NCBI GenBank assembly: GCA_963814545.1
Contig: CAWFDC010000019.1
Location: 229,872 to 293,871 of the forward strand
Source: an uncultured Thermoleophilia bacterium
GTDB lineage: Bacteria; Actinomycetota; Thermoleophilia; UBA2241
Direction of reading: 5' to 3'
Length of the DNA stretch: 64,000 nucleotides
The notes beneath the pieces were generated by a model that made no database searches, was not told where the DNA came from, and saw only the letters and a list, made by a program, of their open reading frames with translations. The position numbers and the translations under genes are program-made. Of the stretch, positions 8,518-20,757 are shown one piece after another (position 1 is the stretch's first letter; each line of letters begins with the position of its first letter).

Positions 8518-9112
8518 TGAGCGAGGCGCGTGAGAGGAGGGCGGGAAAGCGGTGAGGCTGGTTCATGAGGTTGAGGACTGGATTGGGTCTGAGGCGCCCC
8601 TCGCTAGGGTTACTTCTCGTTTGAACTTTGTGGTCAATGAGTCAAGTTCTTGCGCCGCGCAGCGGCGCCACTTATACACGGCGTCAGAAGTCGCGCCGCG
8701 TGAGGGCGCGCGGCCTACAGGTTTGTAGGCCGGGTCCCCTGACCCGGCGCTGGATCATTTATGTCGCTCTGTATAGCGAGGCGTCGACTGCCGGTGATCG
8801 TGGTGGACACCCAGCGGCCACGAGTCGTTCGAACGCTTCGCCGGTCTGACGCGGACCCTCACCAAACCCGCAGAGCCAAAGCGCCAGAGGACTGGCGCAG
8901 TCTCCCGCAGCCGCGGGACTGGCGCCTTTTCGGAGGTCTCCGGACCGCGCGGAGCGTTTTGGAGTGCGGCAGTCTTCTGCCGCTCTGGGACACTCGCGAA
9001 CGATCTGGCAACACGCCTCGCCGGTCTGAGGCGAAGCCTCGCTAACCCGGAAATCTCACCAGTGGGGCGATCGCGGCGTTCCGGACGGTCCGCGGGTGAG
9101 ATTTCCGGGTCT
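8518..9112. repeat. Mosaic of short dispersed repeats (families H3, H4, H5, H3, partial H3, H2)
   Basis: Diverged H3 at 8518-8606. H4 at 8608-8674. H5 at 8675-8773. H3 at 8774-8865. Right half of H3 at ~9018-9045. H2 hairpin at 9046-9110 (CCCGGAAATCTCACC...GGTGAGATTTCCGGG). Each family recurs elsewhere in the window. Confidence 0.85.
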
Positions 9113-9505
9113 GTGAAACCCGCAGCCAGCAGGGTCATCGCCCGGCACCATGACCATCGGAGACCCGAGCTCGCTGGTCCGTCGGAATTCTGTGGTGTTG
9201 TTTTCATGTCAGCTTGAACCGTCATCGGCGCAACCGCGGGTTTCATCGTGCAGTGATCTCATTAGCCGGAATGATCGAGACACGGCCTGGCTCGGCTCGA
9301 TCCGCGTTCGGGCATCGCGAAAGACTACCGCGCTGTGGAAGGAGCAGGCAAGCCGGGAGCGCAGCGCGGCAGCAGTTCTCGTTCTGGCCAAGAGCCGCCT
9401 CAAGGCGGGACACCGAACACCGTTCCGAGCCCCCCGGCGCGGTTTGGTGTCCCGGCTTCAGCCGGTTTCCGCGCCGGGCGCTCCTCAAAGTTGGCTGGCT
9501 GGCTG

Positions 9506-12801
<3,296 letters not shown>

Positions 12802-12806
12802 TTCCG

Positions 12807-13583
12807 ATGCCAAAGACCGATTACCTCGAGTTGGGCAACGGCCAGCGGCTGGCGATCCTTTACGAGGACCGCGCCGTACTGGCGATTGACAAGCCCGCCG
12901 GCTGGATGCTCGTGCCGGTCAGTTGGCAGGACACCGGGCGCAACCTGCAGGCGGCGCTGCTCTCGTGCCTTGCGTCGGGCGCCTTCTGGGTCCGCTCGCG
13001 CAACCTGAAGTTCCTGCGTTACGTCCACCGCCTCGATGCCGAGACAACCGGCGTGCTGTTGCTGGCCAAGAGTCGCGGTGCGCTCGATGCGCTGGGGAAC
13101 CTGTTCGAAAGCCGGCAGGTCCACAAGACCTACCTCGCCGTCGTGCGGGGCCGACCGGCTCGAGACACGTGGGTTTGCCGTCTGCCACTCGCCCCCGACC
13201 CCAAGAGACACGGCCGAGTCAAGGTCAACCGCATTGACGGCAAAACGGCGGAAACGCACTTCCGCGTCGTCCAGCAGACAACCAAACAACAGCGCGGCGC
13301 CTGGTCGTTAATCCAAGCGCAGCCCGTGACCGGACGCACGCACCAGATCCGTGTGCATCTGGCTGCGGACGGCTTGCCCGTTTTGGGAGACGACCTCTAC
13401 GGCCCGCCTCAGGCCGGTCTGATGCCCGACGACTTTCCGCTGGGCTTGCGAGCGGTCCGCCTCGCCTATCAAGATCCGTTCACAGGCCGCGCCGTTCAGA
13501 TCGAAGCGCCGGGGACCCTCTTTCTCCGCGCCTTTGGCTTCGAGTTGCCAGCGGGGCGGTTTCCCGACACCCTCGGTGGATGA
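12807..13583 (+). CDS. RluA-family pseudouridine synthase
   Basis: HRLDAETTGVLLLAKS catalytic-Asp motif and GRTHQIRVHLA motif. 258 aa. Confidence 0.9.
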   Translation: MPKTDYLELGNGQRLAILYEDRAVLAIDKPAGWMLVPVSWQDTGRNLQAALLSCLASGAFWVRSRNLKFLRYVHRLDAETTGVLLLAKSRGALDALGNLFESRQVHKTYLAVVRGRPARDTWVCRLPLAPDPKRHGRVKVNRIDGKTAETHFRVVQQTTKQQRGAWSLIQAQPVTGRTHQIRVHLAADGLPVLGDDLYGPPQAGLMPDDFPLGLRAVRLAYQDPFTGRAVQIEAPGTLFLRAFGFELPAGRFPDTLGG

Positions 13584-14155
13584 TCGAACCATGGCCAACC
13601 CTGCAATCCGAGACACTGGGCGAGTATCGGGTGTTCCGAGTCCGACAGGATCTCAAGCGCTCGCCGCGCACCGGCCAGACGCACGACTTCTACGTGCTCG
13701 AATGTCCCGGCTGGGTCAATATCATCGCCCTCACCCCCGAACGCGACATCCTGCTCGTTGAGCAATACCGGCACGGCACCCAAACGGTTGAACTCGAAAT
13801 CCCCGGCGGGGTCATGGATGCGGACGACGCTTCGCCCGTCGAGACGGCCGTGCGCGAGCTTCGGGAAGAAACCGGCTTCGAGGGGGACAATGCCATCGTC
13901 ATCGGGCGCGTCGCCCCGAATCCGGCGATCCAAAACAACCTCGCTTACACCGTCCTGATCGAGAATTGCGTGCGGCGACACGCTGTCCAGTTCGATCACA
14001 CCGAAGACGTGGCGACGCATCTCGAAAAGGTCGACGCCCTCCCTGCCCTGGTCACCTCTGGACGGATTCGCCACTCGCTCATCATCGCCGCGTTCTACTG
14101 CTTCGAACTCTGGCGGGGCCGCTTGGCGCCGCCCAGTTCGGATAACGTATCATGA
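13580..14155 (+). CDS. NUDIX hydrolase (ADP-ribose pyrophosphatase-like)
   Basis: Nudix box GGVMDADDASPVETAVRELREETGF. ATGA overlap with the upstream gene. Confidence 0.88.
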   Translation: MIEPWPTLQSETLGEYRVFRVRQDLKRSPRTGQTHDFYVLECPGWVNIIALTPERDILLVEQYRHGTQTVELEIPGGVMDADDASPVETAVRELREETGFEGDNAIVIGRVAPNPAIQNNLAYTVLIENCVRRHAVQFDHTEDVATHLEKVDALPALVTSGRIRHSLIIAAFYCFELWRGRLAPPSSDNVS

Positions 14156-14182
14156 GCGGCAGACTGACTCCCTTCGGACATC

Positions 14183-14598
14183 TGTGGCTTCTGAGTCGCA
14201 TCTCTGTGCCGCGCAGCGGCGCCCCTTAGCCCGCATTTCTCAGCAACTTTTGATGTCCTCTGACCGGTCACCGTCGCATTGCACCTGAAATGCGGGCTCT
14301 CAGAAACCCGCGCCCCAAGCAGATGGACCCAATCTCGACCACACTGTGTCCGCGTGCCCGGGTCGCCCACGCGGCAGGGGCGCGTCCCGGCTCTGATGAA
14401 CCGATGAGCCAATTCCCTTTGCTGGGCGCGGGTTTCATAGACCCGGAAATCTCACCCGCGGACCGTCAGGAATGCAACGACCGCCCCAATGGTGAGATTT
14501 CCGGGTTAGCGAGGCGTCGAACTCCAACGGCAATGGTCCAAGTCCAGCGTGCGAAAGTTGTCAACCAGCCTTGTCGGTCTGAGGCGGAGCCTCGCTAA
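14183..14598. repeat. Repeat mosaic H4 - H1 - spacer - H2 - H3
   Basis: H4-like at 14183-14227. H1 hairpin at 14228-14298 (AGCCCGCATTTC...GAAATGCGGGCT). Conserved spacer. H2 hairpin at 14442-14505. H3 at 14506-14598 (TIR TTAGCGAGGC/GCCTCGCTAA). The hslR stop codon lies in the H3 right arm. Confidence 0.88.
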
Positions 14599-14981
14599 GT
14601 CCTGAAACCCAACTGCTCGAGCATCCGGCGGTCCCGTTTCGTAGGACGCCCCGCCCCTTTGGGTCGGTGAAACAACGGCTCGACGGATCGCTCGCGGGGT
14701 TTCGCGTATTCCTCGGGCGGGGTCAGATCTTCCATGAACTGCGGCACGGCTGCGGCACCGACCCGTCGCTCGATCGGCACGACGACTTTCAGCGTGCGTG
14801 TGATCTCGCCAGCCTGTGCCGTGACGATGTCGCCAGGCCGCACACAGCGCGACGCTTTCACGCGCTGATCGCCAATTCTGACATGGCCAGCATGGCATGC
14901 CTCGATGGCCAGCGAGCGGGTCTTGAACACCCGCACCGCCCACAGCCATTTGTCAATCCGCACTTCTATAGAGGGCGACAT
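14595..14981 (-). CDS. hslR: Ribosome-associated heat shock protein Hsp15 (S4 RNA-binding domain)
   Basis: MSPSIEVRIDKWLWAVRVFKTRSLAIEACHAGHVRIGDQRVKASRCVRPGDIVT is a typical Hsp15/S4 N-terminus. 128 aa. Confidence 0.85.
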   Translation of the reverse strand: MSPSIEVRIDKWLWAVRVFKTRSLAIEACHAGHVRIGDQRVKASRCVRPGDIVTAQAGEITRTLKVVVPIERRVGAAAVPQFMEDLTPPEEYAKPRERSVEPLFHRPKGAGRPTKRDRRMLEQLGFRT

Positions 14982-15067
14982 AAATGATGCAGCGCCGGGT
15001 CAGGGGACCCGGCCCACAATGCTGTAGGCCGCGTGCCCCCACGCGGCGGGACTTCTGACGCTGTGAA
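14967..15067. repeat. H5 repeat copy (inverted relative to the 8675-8773 copy)
   Basis: Near-identical to the reverse complement of 8675-8773 (…CGACATAAATGATnCAGCGCCGGGTCAGGGGACCCGGCC…GACTTCTGACGC…). Overlaps the first five codons of hslR. Confidence 0.85.
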
Positions 15068-15840
15068 TAACGCAGCCGCAGTCTGCATATTTCGCAGCGC
15101 GGCAGAGCCGCAACCAAAGCGACGGGAGACTCGTGCGTCTCTGGTGCCGACGAATGCGCAGGTCGCCGCGCTGCGCCGGCGATGCTCCGCAGCGCTCAGG
15201 GGATCCGAGGAGAGGAACCACCAAGGCGCGTGCAAGCGAGCCACAGGTGTTCAACAGGTGAACGCGTTGGTCGAATGACAATCCTCTCCAAACTGCACGA
15301 AGTGGACACATGGTAACACTTAACTCCCCATGAACCGGGTGTACCGCCGACGTCCACGTCGGCCCGGTGGAATCTCAGGTGACTGCCCCCGAGCCGGCTG
15401 GAAAGCCGGCGGTACAGGTTCATGTGCGCGGAGGTCGGAATCGGAATCGGAATCGGCGTCGCAGGTCGCCTGCTGTCGATTCCGATACCGATGGCGATCG
15501 CGACCTCGACCGGAGTTCGCTGGCGGTTCATCGCCACTGGGCAGTTCAAAAAGGAACAGGTGGCTCTCCAGGAACCGGGAGGCAACTGACCACATGAGCG
15601 TCCGCGGGACGAGTAAGCATATAACCTCGGGGGCGGATGGACCCCGGGGCCCATCCGCCTCGGCCCACTCTCGTTTCCTGGCGAGGCGCGCCTGTGACGA
15701 ATCCCACTCCTCAGACTCATGCCCAATTGCAGTGTCTTCCCGGCTCTCGCCTCCGGCGCCTCGCTCGGAGAGTCCTTGAGCTAATCCCAGAGCCGACTGA
15801 CACTCGACTCGTTCACCACAGATTTCCCAGTTCAAGGATT

Positions 15841-18330
15841 CTATGGCGTTTTTTCCGCAACGCGGAAGAACTCGACATTCTGCGTCGGTTGAACCGTCCA
15901 GGTGGCGGTGCTTCCCGTTGCCGTGGCCTCGGCGCCTGCCGTCCACTGGGTCAGGTTCGTCGAGGTCCAGAGTTGATACACCTTTCCAGCCGCCAGACCC
16001 GCCGCGGTGATTGCGATGGTGTTGCCGTCCCGACCAACGGAAAGCACCGGCGGCTCTGAGGGCTGAATGCTGATTCGCAGGTCGTCCAGCGAAAAAACAC
16101 CGTAGATCGGCTCCGATTCCGGCATCCCCAGGCGGGCCTGCACGAGCAGACGCCACTGAACCAGGTTGCCAACGTCCACCGCCGACGTGTCCCAAAAATC
16201 CGCCAGACGCGCTTCGAGTGTGGTCCACTCGCCGGAGATCACCGGCGCGCTGTCGGTGACGAAACTCATCGCCTGGCCCGCTTGATCGTAGAAAGTCAGC
16301 CAGAACCCAGTCGCACCATCAGCGACAGCAGCCAGCGCCGGGTCGCCCTTGAACCGCAGCGAAACCACCCCGTCGGCAGGGAACGAGAATGGCTCGACGA
16401 TGGCTGAGAGGACGCTGCCCCACGGGTACTGGCCCGCGGCGAAGTAGATGCCCAGTTCGAGCCCTTTGTTTCCCTGCGGAGCCGGCGTCAGGATCGACGC
16501 CGCCGTCGCCGTCAACTCGGCTGGACTGTTGACATAGGAGTAGAAGGCCTCGAGCGCGGCGGTGTCCGCGTACCCCTCGAAATCGTCCAAGAGCGGACGG
16601 AAAGGCGCCGGGGCGGGAAACAACGGGGTGTCGCGGACCATCAGGTCGTCCACCAGAATCGTCGCCGTGTACGGATCGATCGCCGCCTGGCTGCCGTACT
16701 GGAAGAGCGACATCCGCACAATCCGGCCCAGATCGGGCAAACCGGGCGAATCCCACGGCTGCGCGATACTGCCAGCCAGGAAGTTGACGATCTGCCAGTC
16801 GTCCGTCGTGGGCGCCGGCGCACCCCATCGACCGAAGTTGCCGCTCGCGTCGAAGGCATAGACGAAGAAGCTTTGAAAATCGGTCGTGGCAAAGGCCGGA
16901 TCGCCTTTGATGCGCAGCGTGACGTACTGCTTGGGCCCGATCACAATCGGTTCCGCGAACAAAGCACCCCGGATGTTCTCAGTGGCCCAGGCACCCGACG
17001 GAAAATTGAAGGTTGCGCTCATGCTCTTCTGGCCCGGGGACTCCGTCGAGACCGTGTCGGAGGTGGCCAAAACGGTGTTCGCCGACCCGGTCCAAGCCGC
17101 CAGGAGGTCCTCCTCCGTCTCGTACTCGAAATCGTCAATCACGTATTCCTTCGTTTCGACTTCGATGAGCGGCGTGTGCCGGACCATGATGTCATCGACT
17201 TCGATGGTCGCCGTGTACTCTGGAATCGCCGCCTGGCTGCCGTACTGGAAGATCGCGAACCGAACGATGTTGCCGAGGTCGGGCAAGGCGGGTGAATCCC
17301 ACGGTTTCTCGATGCTGCTTGCGCTGAAATTCACCACCTGCCAATCAGCGGTCGTGGGCGCCGGCATGCCCCAACGCCCGAAGTTGCCGCTCCCGTCGTA
17401 GGCATACAGATAGAAATCGCTGAAATCCGCCGCTGCAAACGCCGGATCGCCCTTGATCCGCAGCGTGACGTACTGGGTCGATGCGATCGAAACGGGCGCT
17501 GGCAGTGCGGGACCCTGGATTGTGTCAGTCGCCCATTCGCCGGTGGGGAACGTCAACTGAGCGCGCAGCGCTTTCTGGCCCGGCGAAAGCTGGGCCACCG
17601 CAGTCGACAAACTGACCAGCGTGTTCGGGCTTGGCACCCAGGCCGCCGCCAACGCCGCATCGTCCGCGTACTCGAAGGCCTCGATCACAAACTCCTTCGG
17701 CACGACCGAATCGATCAACGGTTCGTCGCGGATCGCCAGTTCATCCAGTTCGATGGCCGCCGTGTAAGGGGCAATCGCCGCCTCGCTTCCATATTGATAG
17801 AAGGCAAACCGGGTGATCTGGTTCAGATCGGGCAGGCCGGGCGAATCCCAAGGTGCCGCGATGCCCCCGGCGCTGAAGTTAAACACGCCCCATTCGGACG
17901 TCGTCGGAATCGGCGCGCCCCATCGCCCGAAGTTCCCGTTCCAGTCATAGGCGTATACGTAGAAGTACCGGAAATCGGCCGACGCAAACACCGGGTCGCC
18001 TTTGACCCGCACGGTGACGTATTGTGCGGGATCGATCACAATAGGTTCGCTCAACTCCTGCCCCTTGATCGTCTCCGTCGCCCACGCCGTGGACGGGAAG
18101 TTGAACTGCACACGCATCGCCTTCAGACCGGTCGAGTGCGAAGAGACCTCCTCCGAGAGCGAGAGCAAAGCGTTCGGGCTCGGCGTCCAAGCCGCCAACA
18201 GGTCGTCTTCGCTCGAGTACTCGAAATCGTCGACCACGGTCTGCGCGTAGACCGCACCGCACATCAGGCCGCCGCAAAGGGCGGCGCACAGGGAGAACCA
18301 GGGTTTGTTTCGCATCATTCGTTTCCTCAT
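15841..18330 (-). CDS. Secreted protein with four tandem CBM-like modules and a C-terminal beta module
   Basis: Track ORF 15841..18447. Start ATG 18330 or 18318 (MRKRMMRNKPWFSLCAALCGGLMCGAVYA signal). Three ~184-aa repeats (DDFEY...AAW...GDP.FA..DF..F.VYA.D..GNFGRWG.P.PTT..W...NF...I..PWDSP.LPDL) plus a divergent fourth. The tail ends ...VEFFRVAEKTP. Confidence 0.85.
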   Translation of the reverse strand: MRKRMMRNKPWFSLCAALCGGLMCGAVYAQTVVDDFEYSSEDDLLAAWTPSPNALLSLSEEVSSHSTGLKAMRVQFNFPSTAWATETIKGQELSEPIVIDPAQYVTVRVKGDPVFASADFRYFYVYAYDWNGNFGRWGAPIPTTSEWGVFNFSAGGIAAPWDSPGLPDLNQITRFAFYQYGSEAAIAPYTAAIELDELAIRDEPLIDSVVPKEFVIEAFEYADDAALAAAWVPSPNTLVSLSTAVAQLSPGQKALRAQLTFPTGEWATDTIQGPALPAPVSIASTQYVTLRIKGDPAFAAADFSDFYLYAYDGSGNFGRWGMPAPTTADWQVVNFSASSIEKPWDSPALPDLGNIVRFAIFQYGSQAAIPEYTATIEVDDIMVRHTPLIEVETKEYVIDDFEYETEEDLLAAWTGSANTVLATSDTVSTESPGQKSMSATFNFPSGAWATENIRGALFAEPIVIGPKQYVTLRIKGDPAFATTDFQSFFVYAFDASGNFGRWGAPAPTTDDWQIVNFLAGSIAQPWDSPGLPDLGRIVRMSLFQYGSQAAIDPYTATILVDDLMVRDTPLFPAPAPFRPLLDDFEGYADTAALEAFYSYVNSPAELTATAASILTPAPQGNKGLELGIYFAAGQYPWGSVLSAIVEPFSFPADGVVSLRFKGDPALAAVADGATGFWLTFYDQAGQAMSFVTDSAPVISGEWTTLEARLADFWDTSAVDVGNLVQWRLLVQARLGMPESEPIYGVFSLDDLRISIQPSEPPVLSVGRDGNTIAITAAGLAAGKVYQLWTSTNLTQWTAGAEATATGSTATWTVQPTQNVEFFRVAEKTP
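16591..18240 (-). repeat. Intragenic tandem repeat, three units of ~552 nt
   Basis: Protein units of 184, 182 and 184 aa align residue for residue. A fourth, diverged unit continues to ~16080. Confidence 0.85.
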
Positions 18331-18716
18331 TCTGAGCGGCGCTTTACCGCCGTCTATGTCGGATTGACTATGCCTGAAATGATCCACGCGTTCAATGCCA
18401 ATCGTCAGGGCGTGCCAAGGAGGATGAGGGTTGGATCTCGAGTTCAACGGAGCCGCAAAGCAACGAATAGCGCGTTCACGGCGGCGGCTCGATGACTGTC
18501 ATTTGTGTCCTGGTGACCGAGCGTCGAAATCGTCGAAATTGTTTGCCGCGGTGCTCGACGATCGCATAATGGACCCCGTCCGACCGCCATCGCGATAGAG
18601 GCAATCGCCCGCTTTGACAAAGCGGCTGAAGGGCATCCGGGGCAGGCTGGTGCCGTCTGGCGGTTTTGGACCGGGTGAGAGGAAGTGCAGTTTCGGCTGA
18701 AGGATTTGTCACCCTG

Positions 18717-18877
18717 CTAGAGTGACTCCTCGTTTGAAATCTGTAGTGAATGAGTCAAGTTGTTGCGCCGCGCAGCGGCGCCACTTAGCGAGGCGTCGGA
18801 CGCCGGTGATGGTGGTGGCCGCCCAGCGCAGACGAGTTGTTCACGCCCCGCCTCGGTCTGAGGCGAAGCCTCGCTAA
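18717..18877. repeat. H4 + H3 repeats, contiguous (uninterrupted junction)
   Basis: H4 at 18717-18787 (…GAGTCAAGTTGTTGCGCCGCGCAGCGGCGCCACTTA) runs directly into H3 at 18785-18877 (TTAGCGAGGCGTCG…GGTCTGAGGCGAAGCCTCGCTAA). Confidence 0.88.
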
Positions 18878-18908
18878 GTTTACAAGCTATTGTAAACAAA
18901 GCGTTTAA

Positions 18909-18983
18909 GCCAGTTTAGCTCAGTGGTAGAGCAACGGTTTTGTAAACCGTCGGTCGTCGGTTCAAATCCGACAACTGGCTCCA
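18909..18983 (+). tRNA. tRNA-Thr (anticodon TGT), CCA encoded
   Basis: Acceptor GCCAGTT/AACTGGC. D-arm AGCTCAGTGGTAGAGC. Anticodon stem-loop ACGGT-TTTGTAA-ACCGT. T-arm GGTTCAAATCC. Discriminator T plus CCA. Confidence 0.93.
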
Positions 18984-19199
18984 TTCCCACGACTCACGTT
19001 GGGTGCCGACCTTTCACGATCTCTACGGTGGATGCTGATCTTGCATGATCACTTCCTGGTTCGAGTCTTCACATTTCGTTCCTGTCATTCACATGCGACG
19101 GATAGCAGACGCCTCCGTTCATCAAGCGTATCCGCTCCAAGGGTGCGATTGGTTGCAGGGAGTTTGGCAGCCGCAGAGTCTGGGTAGCCAGGCCCCGCC

Positions 19200-19460
19200 A
19201 ATGTTCAGTGGCCCCGAAATCGCGCATCGAGATCTTGCCACCGGGCAGGTCCCCGCCACAGGAAACGACCTCGAGCCACACGGAGGGTTCAGTTACACGT
19301 GCTGCAGGACTTGCCAGGGATCGGCCCCGCGTGCGCTACCGGACTATTGGAGCGGTTTGAGCGTGTGGAAGCTGTGATGACCGCCAGCGCCAAGCCGCTG
19401 CGAACCGTGGACGGGATCGGACCGAAGCCTGTAGCGTTCATCCGCTGGGCGCTGGAATGA
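19200..19460 (+). pseudogene. Remnant of an ERCC4/HhH nuclease gene (paralog of 22952..23695)
   Basis: Reads RHRKRPRATRRVQLHVLQDLPGIGPACATGLLERFERVEAVMTASAKPLRTVDGIGPKPVAFIRWALE*. The intact gene reads PRHGKRPKTRRRVQLRLLQGLPGIGPSRATALLERFERVEAVMTASAESLQAVDGIGSKTAASIRWALE*. An in-frame TAG lies upstream and no nuclease domain is recognisable. Confidence 0.8.
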
Positions 19461-19748
19461 GGCGCCTTCTTGCTGCGGCAGCCTCGCGGCCAGCAGCGAG
19501 CCGCACAAGGTGGAAGAGCGCGTTGGTAAAAGGCGATTCCGCCCGACTGCCGCTTGAAACCAAAAGCCCGCTGGAGCAGCCTTCAGCCAGCGCGACATAC
19601 GTGCTGATGAGTGGCGCTGCCCCAAAGCCGCGGGCGGCCGGGCCTTTCCCGCGAGAAAGGACGGCCAGACTTCGGCTCTCGAACGGTAGTACCGCCTCGT
19701 GTCGCGACAGATCGCGGGCAACCGAGCGTAAGAAGCAGCATTGTGGCG

Positions 19749-20733
19749 ATGAACGACGACAGACTGGAGCACGGCGACCTGATCGATTTCCTGGCGGAAG
19801 ACCCGATGGGGGAGCGCCGATATTGGGCCGTGATGCTGGTCGTGCGGATGCTGGAGACGAAGCTTGGCTGCCGCTATCGGGGAGACAACCGACTCAGCGG
19901 CGCAGCGAACGCCGAAGCGGCCATCGGGTCGTTGCGGGCAGCGATGGCGCCGCTCTCCCAGGCCGAACAGGGGTTGATGTTGCGGACGATCTTCCTGATG
20001 TCGTGGGAACAGGTGCGTCGCCGCACTGGCCTCAGCCTCCGGTTGCCCGAGGTCCTTGACGCACTGGGCAAGGATCTCGGCACGTTCGCCTGTCTCGCTG
20101 CCGCGCACTCCGTGATCGAGCAAGGAGATGACGCGGTACGACGGTACCCGCTCGATGGGCTTCTGCCGGAAGTACGGCAGCCAGGGCAGGGCTTGATCGT
20201 GACCCTCGACGCCGAGGATTGCCGTCTGCCTCGAGGTCGCCGAGACACAAATCGAAATCGATCGGCTGACCATCGCCGTCCGAAGCTTTCGTGGTTTGAA
20301 CTCGGAAGCGAACCTCCGTCCCCTCGTCGCTTGGTATCTCTCGACACTGCCGGGCGGGGAAACCGATCGGGCGGTGGCGACGCTGCTCTCGGACCTTCCG
20401 GTCGCGTCCAAAGACGAGCAGGTGTGCTGGCGATCACTCGGCCTGCTCGATTGGATGGCCGCGCACCCGGATCATCCCAAGGCCGCCGAGGCCATGGCGG
20501 CGGGCAGACAAGTCGCCCGGGCCGACGTGCGCAAGGCTGCGGCCCAAACGGCCGCAGCGCTCGGACGCTGGGAGGTGCTTGTCGCACTCGGTCGGGATGA
20601 CCCGGACCGGGGGGTGAGGCAGCGGGCTGAGAAGCTGCTGGCCAACAGGAGCGGTACAGGAGGCCTTGGCGGCCAAGGTGACCTCTTCGAGCGGTCCGAT
20701 GCATCGCGGCCGCCAAGTGCCCCGGACCGGTAA
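19749..20733 (+). pseudogene. Hypothetical protein with a HEAT-like C-terminus, apparently frame-broken near 20200
   Basis: MNDDRLEHGDLIDFL... reads sensibly to ~20200. Sensible sequence then continues in another frame (…IAVCLEVAETQIEIDRLTIAVRSFRG-LNSEANLRPLVAWYLSTLPGG…RQRAEKLL…) up to the stop at 20733. Could instead be two genes, the second starting at TTG 20296. Confidence 0.35.
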
Positions 20734-20757
20734 CTCGGCAAAGGAGCCAGTTAGCCC

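Noticed and set aside
8761-9045. 94-aa ORF starting at the H5-borne ATG.
   Set aside because: It reads straight through the H3 and partial H3 repeats and is Arg-rich. It is most likely non-coding.
8518-9112. Possible CRISPR array suggested by recurring palindromic repeats.
   Set aside because: The repeats belong to several different families. They are irregularly spaced and oriented, dispersed across the window, and not separated by unique spacers of uniform length. No cas genes are present.
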